A stretch of DNA of 32,324 nt, from the NCBI GenBank assembly GCA_016212465.1, contig JACRGE010000013.1:1-32324 (forward strand), written 5' to 3'. The notes beneath the pieces are model-generated. The model saw only the letters and a program-made list of their open reading frames with translations. It was not told where the DNA came from and ran no database searches. The position numbers and the translations under genes are program-made. This DNA is from Candidatus Micrarchaeota archaeon (GTDB lineage Archaea; Micrarchaeota; Micrarchaeia; Norongarragalinales; JACRGE01). Shown here piece after piece: positions 17,609 to 26,619 of this stretch. The number at the start of each line of letters is the position of its first letter. Within the stretch, counting starts at the first letter, position 1.

Positions 17609-19546
17609 TCATTCACTGAACTCCTTCTTGATCTTCAAAAGCAGTTCTTTCTTCTCTGGACAGTCTTTTAAAGCATGCGAAAGTACTTCATAGATGTTTG
17701 AAACGGGAATTATTTCAATTATGCGCCTTTGCTCATCGTCAAGCACCAGGTCTTCTTTGTTGGATTTCGGTATGATCACCTTCTTTGCACCTGCTTCAAT
17801 CGCGGCTTCCACCTTAGGGGTAACACCACCCACTGGAAGCACCTCGCCTCTTACTGAGAGAGAGCCAGTCATCGCGATGCTTTGGTAAACAGGGATTTCT
17901 TCCAAAGCAGAGACGACTGCAGTCGCAACTGAAATGGAACCTGAATCCCCTTCAACTCCCTCATAGGTTTGAATGAATTGAATGTGAATGTCGTAGGAAT
18001 AAATGTCTTTGCCGATGTGTTTCTTTATGATGGCTGAAACATTTTCCACTGCTTCGCGAGCGATCTCGCCGAGTTTTCCGGTTGCAATTATTTTACCTTC
18101 TTGACGTGAAGCAGCTGGAGCGACTTCGGCAACAATTGGACTGACGAGGCCAGAGCCAGTAGTGCCAGGCGTTCCAAAAACTGCGAGTCCATTTACCTTC
18201 CCAATCTCTTCTCCGTGAGTGACGAAGATTTGATAATCCTTCCGCAAGTCAATTGCCTGCTGGGTAATCTGTTGCTCTAGGGTGCTTGCCAATCCCTTCG
18301 CCTTCAACAAGTCTTCCCTTGAGACCAGGTTGGCGCCCTGTTCTTTTGCGATGTCACCAGCTGCCCGCACGAGGCCTCCGAGGTCACGGAGCTTTAAGGT
18401 AAGCTTATTCTTCCTGCCTGCACGCTTCCTTGCTTCTTTGATTATTTCCTCAACGGCTTCTCTGCTGAAGTGGGGGATTTTGCCGTCTTTCTTTGCTTCT
18501 TGCGCAACAAATTGAACGAGTTTCTTTCTGTTCTTGGGCGTGTCATCAATGCTTTCCTCCATGTAAACCTCATATCCATATCCTCTGATCCTGCTCCGCA
18601 ATGCGGGATGCATCTTTCTAATGTCCACGTAATTGCCTGAAGCGACGAGAACGAAGTCGCACGGAACCTGTTCTGTTCGAGTCATTGCACCAGAGCTCAT
18701 TTCGCTCTGACCACTTATCCCGTATCTCTTTTCCTGCATCGCGGTAAGCAGCTCTTGCTGAGCCTTGGGATGAAGCGTTGAAATCTCGTCTATGTAAAGA
18801 ACTCCCTTGTTAGCTCTGTGAATAAACCCTGGTTCAACCCTCAAATGAGCAGGAGTTCCGAGTCCGCCCGTCTGAAGGGGGTCGTGTTTCACATCGCCAA
18901 GCAATGCTCCCGCCCTTGCCCCCGTGGCATCCACGAAAGGCGCCTTCGTCTTTCCGGAGTTGTCTATCAATAGCTTGTAGGTTTCTGTTTCAACCATCAA
19001 CAGCCTAGCCCGACCGATCTGGGCTACGAACAAAAGTAAAACGCCAGAGATCATGAGACCAATAAGGAACGCTGCTATTATTACATCGCTGAAATATTTC
19101 CTGCCAAAAGACAACAGGAACATGATCATCAAAGAAATGAATACCAGAACCAATAGATTCAATGGCCCGCCGACCACCCTCTTCTTCATTCGCTCCGCTT
19201 CAATAATTTTTCTGCCTGCGCCTGCTTTTACCACAAGGACTTTCGGCTGGTTTTCATCCAAAGGATTCTGGCCAATGAGAATATCCTCCAATTCCTGGAC
19301 AGGAAGCAATTCAGCCATGGCTTGGGCCAGCATGCTTTTTCCCGTTCCAGGAACGCCGACTAACAAGACGTTTCTCTTCTGCTGAGCCGCTTTCTTCACT
19401 ACTTCACATGCTTTTTCCTGGCCTATAATCTGGTCTATGAGCCGCTCTGAAACAGGAATGTCAGCAGTCGACTTAAATCCTTCTAGAAAATCATTCTCCT
19501 CTCTCTTCTTGGAGGCCTTCAACGTCTTTTTCTTTCTCTCTGGCAT
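17609..19546 (-). CDS. lonB: ATP-dependent protease LonB, archaeal membrane-anchored form
   Basis: Walker [12 protein letters not shown], two TM helices inserted into the AAA+ module, and a C-terminal S16 protease domain ([20 protein letters not shown]). I place the start at ATG 19546 (MPERKKK...); the 22-codon upstream extension to 19612 would run into the divergent promoter region. Confidence 0.85.
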   Translation of the reverse strand: MPERKKKTLKASKKREENDFLEGFKSTADIPVSERLIDQIIGQEKACEVVKKAAQQKRNVLLVGVPGTGKSMLAQAMAELLPVQELEDILIGQNPLDENQPKVLVVKAGAGRKIIEAERMKKRVVGGPLNLLVLVFISLMIMFLLSFGRKYFSDVIIAAFLIGLMISGVLLLFVAQIGRARLLMVETETYKLLIDNSGKTKAPFVDATGARAGALLGDVKHDPLQTGGLGTPAHLRVEPGFIHRANKGVLYIDEISTLHPKAQQELLTAMQEKRYGISGQSEMSSGAMTRTEQVPCDFVLVASGNYVDIRKMHPALRSRIRGYGYEVYMEESIDDTPKNRKKLVQFVAQEAKKDGKIPHFSREAVEEIIKEARKRAGRKNKLTLKLRDLGGLVRAAGDIAKEQGANLVSREDLLKAKGLASTLEQQITQQAIDLRKDYQIFVTHGEEIGKVNGLAVFGTPGTTGSGLVSPIVAEVAPAASRQEGKIIATGKLGEIAREAVENVSAIIKKHIGKDIYSYDIHIQFIQTYEGVEGDSGSISVATAVVSALEEIPVYQSIAMTGSLSVRGEVLPVGGVTPKVEAAIEAGAKKVIIPKSNKEDLVLDDEQRRIIEIIPVSNIYEVLSHALKDCPEKKELLLKIKKEFSE

Positions 19547-19585
19547 GAGACCACGCAATGCTGAACGGACGATAAATAGAATAAA

Positions 19586-19597
19586 CCCCGGAGGTAT
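19586..19597. promoter_or_regulatory. A/T-rich TATA-like element (TATAATAATATA) in the 83-nt divergent spacer between lonB and the HAD hydrolase gene
   Basis: Palindromic A/T box 33-50 nt from both divergent start codons. This is a sequence-only inference. Confidence 0.3.
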
Positions 19598-19629
19598 AAT
19601 AATATACTGCAACCCCGCTTAATAATTTC

Positions 19630-20295
19630 GTGGTGGGAATGATTAAAGCGGTGCTGTTCGACATTGGGCATACGCTTGAAGACCACCGTAAGTCAAACAA
19701 GAAGTTTATCCACTTATGCATTGAACTGAGTATACTGGATGAAAGGAAATCACGCAGAATCCTGAGGGAATTGGTAAGAAAAAAACGAGCGAAAAACCCC
19801 TACATCGTCTTGGGGCATTCAGACGGATTTCGGAGGGACGTAGCTGAAGCCCTTGGAATACCTTATGAAAAACTCACCCAAGAATTCAGTAGAACATATG
19901 AGAAGGAAGCGAGGCTTATGCCAGGCGCTCTCTTCATGCTGAAGGAATTGAAGAAAGAGGGCATAAAGATTGGAGCAATTGCAAACGCCTCCCGCAGGTT
20001 CACGGAAATTTTTTTCAAACGCTTTGGTTTGGAGAAATATTTTGACTGTATTGTTCTTTCTGATGAAACTGGAGCGCGAAAACCTAGTCCCCTGATTTTC
20101 AGAAAAGCATTGGATGAACTCAACGTTAAGCCAAGTGAAGCAGTAATGGTTGGCAATAGATTGGATAACGACGTGGTGCCTGCAAAGAAGTTGGGGATGC
20201 AAACGGTGTTGGTTGCAGGGGGCCCTCAAACACGAAAAGGAGTTAAACCAAACCGTATTATTCATTGCTTGCGTGAATTGCTGGAGTATGTTTAG
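19630..20295 (+). CDS. HAD-superfamily hydrolase (subfamily IA-like)
   Basis: Motif I AVLFDIGHTL, Ser/Thr motif IGAIANASRR, and motif IV VMVGNRLDNDV. Confidence 0.6.
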   Translation: MVGMIKAVLFDIGHTLEDHRKSNKKFIHLCIELSILDERKSRRILRELVRKKRAKNPYIVLGHSDGFRRDVAEALGIPYEKLTQEFSRTYEKEARLMPGALFMLKELKKEGIKIGAIANASRRFTEIFFKRFGLEKYFDCIVLSDETGARKPSPLIFRKALDELNVKPSEAVMVGNRLDNDVVPAKKLGMQTVLVAGGPQTRKGVKPNRIIHCLRELLEYV

Positions 20296-20316
20296 TTGAA
20301 TGAAAGGTTCATTGAA

Positions 20317-21204
20317 ATGTTCAAGTTCGTCGTATTGGGTTCTGCAGCTGCACTGCCTTCCAAGAAGCATTTGCCGAGCTGTTTTGCGCTGAAGCACGGC
20401 TCGGTTTATCTCTTCGAATGCTGTGAGGGGTGCCAGAGGCAGATGATGAAGTACGGAGTAAGCTACTTTAAGGCAAAGGTGATCTTCATTTCCCATCTTC
20501 ACGCCGACGCTTTCCTTGGAGTCTTTGGGCTGGTGCAGACGCTGAACCTCATGGGAAGAACAGAGGAACTGCGAGTCTTTGGACCGAAGGGAACAAAAAA
20601 GTTTTTGGAGAGTGCGCTGGCCTTGAATGAATTAAAGCCATTTTTCAAGGTGATTGTGAAGGATGCGAATGCAGGGATTGTTCTTGAGGAAGATGACTTC
20701 ACGGTAAAGGCGTTTCCAGTCAAACACAATGCTCCTGCAGTCGGGTATGCGTTGGAGGAAAATGAGAAAACGCGTTTTGATGAAAAAAAGGCGAAGGCGA
20801 AAGGAATCAGAGGAAAGATGTTTACTGAAATAAGCGAGAAGGGAAGAATAAGAGTCGGAAACAAGACAGTTGGGCTTGAGGAGGTTACATACAAGGAGAA
20901 GGGTGTGAAAGTAGTTTTCTCTGGCGATACGAGGCAGACTGAGCGCATTGAAAAAGAGAGCGCTGGAGCTGATCTTTTGATCCATGATGCGTGCTTCGTG
21001 GAAGAGCATCGGAAGCTTGCTGAAGAAAAGTTTCACTCCACTGCAGCTGAAGCCGCTGAAACCGCGAAAAAAGCAAAGGTTAAGTGGCTTCTCCTAACCC
21101 ACGCGAGCAACAGATACGATGACCGGTCCATTCTCTTGAAGGAAGCGAAAAAAACATTTGAGAATTCACTTATTGCTGAAGAAGGACTTGAGCTAGAGGT
21201 TTAG
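20317..21204 (+). CDS. rnz: ribonuclease Z (short-form tRNase Z) with an atypical motif II (HLHADA instead of HxHxDH)
   Basis: LGSAAALPS, FISHLHADAF, KHNAPAVGY, FSGDT, LIHDACF and LLTHASNRY follow the tRNase Z metallo-beta-lactamase motif order. ATG at 20317 is taken as the start; the track ORF begins at 20296. Confidence 0.75.
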   Translation: MFKFVVLGSAAALPSKKHLPSCFALKHGSVYLFECCEGCQRQMMKYGVSYFKAKVIFISHLHADAFLGVFGLVQTLNLMGRTEELRVFGPKGTKKFLESALALNELKPFFKVIVKDANAGIVLEEDDFTVKAFPVKHNAPAVGYALEENEKTRFDEKKAKAKGIRGKMFTEISEKGRIRVGNKTVGLEEVTYKEKGVKVVFSGDTRQTERIEKESAGADLLIHDACFVEEHRKLAEEKFHSTAAEAAETAKKAKVKWLLLTHASNRYDDRSILLKEAKKTFENSLIAEEGLELEV

Positions 21205-21223
21205 ACCGGTAAAGGCGTTTTGC

Positions 21224-21724
21224 ATGAGAAATGAAACTGCGATAATAATCGGTATAACCGTTTTTTTGGTTGCTTTCCTTGCCGTGCAACATTTTTTCCC
21301 CCGCACCGAATACGTTGTTGACGGAATAAGAATCTTAAGCAAGGAGAATCCAAAGAATGCAATTGCACGGATTGCGGGAAGAGCTGACGTGGTTATGAAA
21401 CTGGAGGCGCCTGGAGAAAACTCTTCCAACATATGCGTAATCCAAATGGCTTCCGAGATAACGAAGGCACTTGCGTCCGTGAACAAGACTCCAGCCATTT
21501 ACGCGAATGACGCGAATTCAACGAAATGCCTTTTCATCGGAAACAAGAGTGTTGACTGCCCTGACGGCTCAACCAAGGGACTCATTCTAGTGCAAATGGG
21601 CTCCTGCAACTGCATTAAGATAGAAGGAAGCGTGTTGGAGATAAATGGGGACAAGAGGTTCATGTGTGAAACCGAGAATGCGAAGAAGATAAGCTCCATG
21701 ATTGGCTATGCAGTAAGCGGTTGA
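21224..21724 (+). CDS. hypothetical small protein with an N-terminal signal/anchor
   Basis: 166-aa ORF with one N-terminal hydrophobic helix and several N-x-S/T sequons. No recognisable family. Confidence 0.3.
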   Translation: MRNETAIIIGITVFLVAFLAVQHFFPRTEYVVDGIRILSKENPKNAIARIAGRADVVMKLEAPGENSSNICVIQMASEITKALASVNKTPAIYANDANSTKCLFIGNKSVDCPDGSTKGLILVQMGSCNCIKIEGSVLEINGDKRFMCETENAKKISSMIGYAVSG

Positions 21725-21869
21725 AATTATCTAATGAAGCATGGACACTGTAAGAAGGAGGACGGATTTCAAAACCCCACAGATTACTGAAATATTAAAA
21801 TCAAAAAATAAATCAAGGTAAACAAAAAAGTATTCTGGTAGTCTCGGAAGCAGGTAGCAAAAAGTTGAT

Positions 21870-23858
21870 TTACAGGAAGTACTGGAAGTTGATTTTGCTT
21901 TCCTCCAATTTCTTCAATTCCTCTCGCACTCTTTTTGCATGCTCTTGGATTTCGTTAGTCCCTTCTGCCGAAATGTGCTTGTACCTTCCCTGAAGCTTCA
22001 GATAAGGTTCTACTGGTTTGAGTTCCGCAGGGGAGTAAGTGAACTTAAACAAGCCATTTTCTATTTCAAACAAGTTCCATAGGCCGCATTCAACCGCGCT
22101 TCTGGCTACGCCAACAGTCTGGTTGTTTGGAAAACGCCAGGAAAGAAAACAAGGGGCGTGAACCACAATGAAACGGAATCCGGTCATCGCCTTTGCTTTC
22201 TTCAGCTTTTTCTCAAAGTCAGGTAGGAATCCTATTGAAGCGGTTGCGGAATAAGGGACTGCGTGAGCAGTTGCAATGAACGCGACGTTCTTCTTCCACT
22301 CGTGTTTTCCACCCACTTCAGCAGGAGAAGTGGTAGTGGAAGCAAGAAATGGGGTGGCGCCACTTCTCTGAACTCCTGTGTTGTGAACAACGATGCCATC
22401 AGCGATGAAGTTATGCTCCCCCTCTACTCTTAAATCCAATGTTGGCTCTGTTCCTATTAATTTTTTGTATTTTACCTTCTCCATTTCAAAATACTGATTC
22501 CTTATTAAAAAGTTCTGGTACGTATACTGGCTTGGATATTTTTTGATATTCCACTCTTTTTTTTCTGAAAAGCAGATATACCCCCCTTCTGTGTCCTCTA
22601 ACAAATTTCTATAAACAATTTTAGTGCCTTTTTTTGTTTTTCGCCAATGTATTTTTCCAACCCTATAGTTCATGGTTTGCAAAAGCAGCCTAAGCCTATT
22701 TAGGAGATCACGACTTGATGAAACGAACCTAAAGCTGTTTTCAACCTTGTAGCCATCCGTTGATACGAGACCTCTGACAAAAGCTTTCTTTTCTTCTTTC
22801 GGAATCGTGAATACCCATTCGGGAATTGTTTTATTTTTTGCTCCATGACCAAAACCCATAGAATCAATAAATCTTGCCAAGTTTACTGAATTGATGTATA
22901 AGTAGTTGCTATCAGTTCTGCTCACCCTGTTTTTAAAAATACGCGAGTGCAACCAAATCAATCTTTTTCTTTCCTTGCTTTTTTCTGGTAATGCGAATCC
23001 AGTTTCTGCCTTTTTGATTCTACACCATCCATCACCGACATACATACCGAGATATTCCATCAACTCGGGGCTAGATTTTTCGGGTATTGAGATGAAATTT
23101 ATTTTATTTACTTTATAGTCGCCTTTTTTTGAAAGTCTTATATTCTTAAACCTGAAAGACTCGGCAATTTCAAGGTTCTTTAGTACAACTACCTCATCAC
23201 CGATGTTAATCTTTGCAAGTGTCTTCCAGATCAGTGTGTTTTGCTTGCCTCTTCCATTTCTCTTTAGTATTAAAAAAGGATGATTTGAAGTTGCTTTTAT
23301 AGAGTGGTGTGATGTCTCTAATTCAAACACTGGTTTTTCACCATTGTCGAATACACCCGTGCATTTTTTAAGTATTGGCCTGTATGTTTTTTGATTAAAT
23401 GCATAGATTTTATCCCCCTCCTTAATTTCCATTATTTTTTTAATACCATGTTCTGTCATTATCAGTGTTGAGCGGCTCAAACAGTTCGCATAGCATTCGT
23501 TGTCGTAGCATATGCAAACCATATCCTCATTGCGTTCCATCGCCCCGCTCAATGCGCCAAAGCCTATGTCGTAAATGCCACCGTCTCCGCCAACGCAGAC
23601 TGAAACCCCTTTCTTCTTCTCGTGCTTTAAAGCCCGAGACACTCCAGATGCAACTGCGGGAGTGTTTTCAAAGAGCGAATGAATCAAAGGAACGTTCCAA
23701 GTGGAGTTAGGGTATTTCGTGCTTGTTACTTCCATGCAGCCTGTTGCAAGAGAAACAATTATATCTTCACCAAGTCCAGCGAGGAGGTTTCGAATAGCGA
23801 TGGCCGGCCCACACCCCGGGCATGACTTGTGTCCCTTGAAATACAGTTCTTTTTCCAT
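21870..23858 (-). CDS. porB: 2-oxoacid:ferredoxin oxidoreductase beta subunit (TPP-binding, PorB-like), interrupted by an intein
   Basis: N-extein HKSCPGCG...VCVGGDGGIYDIGF...CYDNECYAN and C-extein TGVQRSGATP... to the end rejoin into a protein of about 294 aa with a contiguous DNE.Y.NTG.QRS TPP-binding motif. Confidence 0.8.
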   Translation of the reverse strand: MEKELYFKGHKSCPGCGPAIAIRNLLAGLGEDIIVSLATGCMEVTSTKYPNSTWNVPLIHSLFENTPAVASGVSRALKHEKKKGVSVCVGGDGGIYDIGFGALSGAMERNEDMVCICYDNECYANCLSRSTLIMTEHGIKKIMEIKEGDKIYAFNQKTYRPILKKCTGVFDNGEKPVFELETSHHSIKATSNHPFLILKRNGRGKQNTLIWKTLAKINIGDEVVVLKNLEIAESFRFKNIRLSKKGDYKVNKINFISIPEKSSPELMEYLGMYVGDGWCRIKKAETGFALPEKSKERKRLIWLHSRIFKNRVSRTDSNYLYINSVNLARFIDSMGFGHGAKNKTIPEWVFTIPKEEKKAFVRGLVSTDGYKVENSFRFVSSSRDLLNRLRLLLQTMNYRVGKIHWRKTKKGTKIVYRNLLEDTEGGYICFSEKKEWNIKKYPSQYTYQNFLIRNQYFEMEKVKYKKLIGTEPTLDLRVEGEHNFIADGIVVHNTGVQRSGATPFLASTTTSPAEVGGKHEWKKNVAFIATAHAVPYSATASIGFLPDFEKKLKKAKAMTGFRFIVVHAPCFLSWRFPNNQTVGVARSAVECGLWNLFEIENGLFKFTYSPAELKPVEPYLKLQGRYKHISAEGTNEIQEHAKRVREELKKLEESKINFQYFL
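22380..23483 (-). mobile_element. intein (368 aa) with a LAGLIDADG homing-endonuclease domain, inserted in the TPP-binding motif of porB
   Basis: Starts with Cys (CLSRSTLIM), has a TxxH block (LETSHHSIKAT), two LAGLIDADG-like blocks (LMEYLGMYVGDGW and FVRGLVSTDGY), and ends ...FIADGIVVHN followed by Thr at +1. Short hand-counted samples give about 33% GC for the intein versus about 42% for the flanking extein. Confidence 0.8.
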
Positions 23859-23876
23859 GAAATCACTATGAATGAA

Positions 23877-25034
23877 CTACCTAGGTTTCGGTTTTTTTCC
23901 TCTGGGCGGTTCCACCTGCGGGCCCTGAGCTCTGCTTCGGCGTGCCACGTGCATATAGCTAACAAATCGATCGTTTCGCTTTGTAGGCCGGGTGTTTCCG
24001 AGAACCATGGAAATGTGCGCGTTGGTCGCGGGATCTAATTCGCGCGAAGCCGCGAAAATGCTGGAGTAAACAGGGTGCCCGTCCTTTTTTAGAAATTCGG
24101 GAAAATGTTGCATTCTTTCCCTATGGTAACTCGGGTTTTGCGCATCCGCTATATTGGGGTATTCGTAGAATTTAAACGCCCTAAAAATATCTCTAAGCGA
24201 AACTGGCCTGCCGCTCCTATCCTTAACGTTCTTCACCCGGTCGTGGATACGCTGAATGTGGGAGACGAAGGGAAGTATTTGTCCCAAAGGCACGTTGTTT
24301 GCTTGCGCTGCCTTGTATAAGGCCACGGCTCTTTCAGGGGTTTTTAAAGAAGCCCTGATTCCGTGAAGTGCAACCAAATCACTGGTTTTTTGGTATTCAG
24401 GATAGTAAACCTGGATGTCGCCGAGCGGAACTCCTTGCTTTACAGCCCTGTATATCATCTGGAGCGGTTCCGCATGCTTTGGAAAACCGGTTTTTCTGTA
24501 TGTCCTTAAAAAAGAAGGGGGGATTTCATCCTCTTGAACAACTCTAACGCAAGCCACTATCTCTGGGGGATTGGTTACGCCGAAATTTAGCGCGTGCACA
24601 ATATCCTTTGGATTAACTTCATCAACCAAAGAAAGCCGCATGAACTCAGGGAGGGCAAGCACTCTTTGCCTGGCGCCGGCCTGAATTGACTCGAGAACTG
24701 CGGTCCTAGGCGCATTTTGTACAGGTATTAACAAGCCCTCGTGCAAATCGCCAGTCCTTACCTTTTCTTTTCTGGCAGCATCCAGTATCTCAAGCAAGTC
24801 GCCCAGCCCGTATCCCTTTGTTACAATCAAGTCGTGCAACTGGGCATAGGTCAATCCATAGGTTATGGCTATGTCATGCAGGACTATTTCGGGTGCACCA
24901 CTTCTCCTTGTAATTCGGGCGAGCTTGGTTTTTTCGGATGGCGGGAGTTTCGCGACGAACCTGTCGTTTCTTTTCACTAGTCCTGAGGCCTTCCGCTTTC
25001 TAAAAAAATCGTGAATAAATGTTTTAAATGGCAT
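23877..25034 (-). CDS. hypothetical basic protein (385 aa) sitting between the por alpha and beta genes
   Basis: Long ORF with no Cys clusters, a KRNDRFV heptapeptide near both ends, a basic C-terminal tail (RRSRAQGPQVEPPRGKKPKPR) and several PLGD/GLGD helix-hairpin-like motifs. Spacers are 3 nt to porA and 18 nt to porB. No match to any known OFOR subunit. Confidence 0.35.
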   Translation of the reverse strand: MPFKTFIHDFFRKRKASGLVKRNDRFVAKLPPSEKTKLARITRRSGAPEIVLHDIAITYGLTYAQLHDLIVTKGYGLGDLLEILDAARKEKVRTGDLHEGLLIPVQNAPRTAVLESIQAGARQRVLALPEFMRLSLVDEVNPKDIVHALNFGVTNPPEIVACVRVVQEDEIPPSFLRTYRKTGFPKHAEPLQMIYRAVKQGVPLGDIQVYYPEYQKTSDLVALHGIRASLKTPERAVALYKAAQANNVPLGQILPFVSHIQRIHDRVKNVKDRSGRPVSLRDIFRAFKFYEYPNIADAQNPSYHRERMQHFPEFLKKDGHPVYSSIFAASRELDPATNAHISMVLGNTRPTKRNDRFVSYMHVARRSRAQGPQVEPPRGKKPKPR

Positions 25035-25037
25035 TTC

Positions 25038-26174
25038 CTACACCCATATTGTTCCGCATCTATTCTTTTTCAAATCTTGATAAAGGTTCGCAATAACCTT
25101 CAGCGGAACGTCCTTTCCTCCGAGCCCGCAGATGACGTCCAGGAGACTGGGCTTTTTCTTCTCAGAAACCCCGCACAACGCGGCCTTGATTTCGTTGGCG
25201 AGAATTCCTTCGTTCCCCAGGCTAAGGTCTTTTTCAATCACCGCAATCCCTTTCCTCCCTTCGAGGACTCCTGCTATCTCCTTTCCGGGGAATGGCCGGA
25301 AGCACTTTATCCTCAACAGCCCCACTTTTTCTTTTTTCTCCCTCAGTGAATCAACTGCCCTCTCTGCGTTTTCTGCAAGACTCCCCATTGTAGCAAAGAG
25401 GTAATCCGCGTCCTCTGTGCAATACTCTTCTACAAAAGGAAACTGTTTTCTCTTGAATTTTTTCTCAAACTCTGCGGCAACCTCTTTAATCGTTTTCACT
25501 GAGGAAAGCAAATCCTCTTGTTGCATTTCCTTGAGCCCTTGATAATGCTCTGGTGAAACGAATGCGCCGAATGTAAGCGGATTGCCTATATCAAGAGAAG
25601 AAGCGGGACTGAATTTTGGGAGAAAGGAATCAACTTCTTCTTGGGAGGGAATCTCCAAAGGAGAGATTTCATGCGTTAGGAAAAAGCCGTCAAAACAAAC
25701 CATTGTTGGAATAAGGGATGCTTCTGCGATCTTAAATGCTTGAATCAACGTGTCAACAGTTTCTTGATTGTTTTTGCAATAGAGTTGAATCCAGCCAGTG
25801 TCTCTTTGGGAAAGCGAATCCTGCCAATCATTCCATATGTTGATGGGAGCACTCACCGCCCGGTTTGCAACTGCCATGACAAGGGGTAACCTCATCCCAG
25901 CTGCGTTATGAAGCGCTTCGTGCATGAGAAGCAGTCCTTGCGATGAGGTTGCGGTGAAAGTCCTTGAACCAGCTGCGCTTGCGCCGATGAGTGCGCTTAT
26001 TGCAGATAACTCTGATTCCACGTCAACGAACTCATATCCATACTGTGGTTGGATGCGGGAAAGCTCTTCAGGAATATGCGTTGAAGGAGTAATAGGATAA
26101 GCCGCTATCACGCCTGGTCTGCAGAGGGCCGTAACATGTGCGACTGCAATGCTTCCCTCCATTATTTTCTTCAT
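25038..26174 (-). CDS. porA: 2-oxoacid:ferredoxin oxidoreductase alpha subunit
   Basis: AVAHVTALCRPGVIAAYPITPST...FTATSSQGLLLMHEALHNAAGMRLPLVMAVANRA is the POR/VOR/KOR alpha core. Substrate specificity cannot be assigned from sequence. Confidence 0.8.
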   Translation of the reverse strand: MKKIMEGSIAVAHVTALCRPGVIAAYPITPSTHIPEELSRIQPQYGYEFVDVESELSAISALIGASAAGSRTFTATSSQGLLLMHEALHNAAGMRLPLVMAVANRAVSAPINIWNDWQDSLSQRDTGWIQLYCKNNQETVDTLIQAFKIAEASLIPTMVCFDGFFLTHEISPLEIPSQEEVDSFLPKFSPASSLDIGNPLTFGAFVSPEHYQGLKEMQQEDLLSSVKTIKEVAAEFEKKFKRKQFPFVEEYCTEDADYLFATMGSLAENAERAVDSLREKKEKVGLLRIKCFRPFPGKEIAGVLEGRKGIAVIEKDLSLGNEGILANEIKAALCGVSEKKKPSLLDVICGLGGKDVPLKVIANLYQDLKKNRCGTIWV

Positions 26175-26310
26175 CTAAACACCTGAAACGGGTATTGTTT
26201 TTCTGATTTCTTTAATTGGTTATCCCAATTGTTTCACACATATTTTTTTAATTGTCAGCCCTTTTTATCATCGTCTCTCTTAAATCCTTCGACTCTATTG
26301 TTTCCTTCTT

Positions 26311-26553
26311 TCATTTTTCTTCAACTACCTTGAATGCCTTGAACGGGCACTCTGTAACACAAATCAAACATCCTTTGCAGTAATCGTAGTCTATCTCAAT
26401 TCCGTCTGGGCCGAGGGCTATGCAGCCATCTGGGCATACCTTTACGCAGATGCCGCATTTCTTGCACGCACCCTTTTCTACTACTGGTTTCTGCGTCCTC
26501 CACCCTGAGGTCTTGCTCATGGGCCCTGGCGTAACAACAATTTCTTTTTTCAT
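26311..26553 (-). CDS. porD: 2-oxoacid:ferredoxin oxidoreductase delta subunit (2x[4Fe-4S] ferredoxin)
   Basis: 80 aa with two CxxCxxCxxxCP motifs (CKKCGICVKVCP and CKGCLICVTECP). Confidence 0.7.
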   Translation of the reverse strand: MKKEIVVTPGPMSKTSGWRTQKPVVEKGACKKCGICVKVCPDGCIALGPDGIEIDYDYCKGCLICVTECPFKAFKVVEEK

Positions 26554-26619
26554 TTAAACAACCACTAAATGAGTTAAACAAAAAGCAATAAAAACGTTGC
26601 ATGCTCAGAAAATAAAAGA

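Noticed and set aside
19547-19612. 22-codon N-terminal extension of lonB ([22 protein letters not shown])
   Set aside because: The hydrophobic extension runs across the divergent promoter and TATA-like region. LonB homology starts at the internal ATG at 19546, which is preceded by the A/T box.
19819-21036. Minus-strand ORFs of 227, 149 and 134 aa antisense to the HAD hydrolase and RNase Z genes
   Set aside because: They overlap CDSs with strong family signatures on the other strand. Their translations are Ser/Phe/Leu-rich shadow frames with no recognisable domains.
23877-25034. ORF X as the missing OFOR gamma subunit or as a free-standing homing endonuclease
   Set aside because: It lacks the GxGGQG motif and size (about 180 aa) of PorG-type gamma subunits. 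No LAGLIDADG, HNH, GIY-YIG, His-Cys or PD-(D/E)xK motifs were seen. It is left as unknown.
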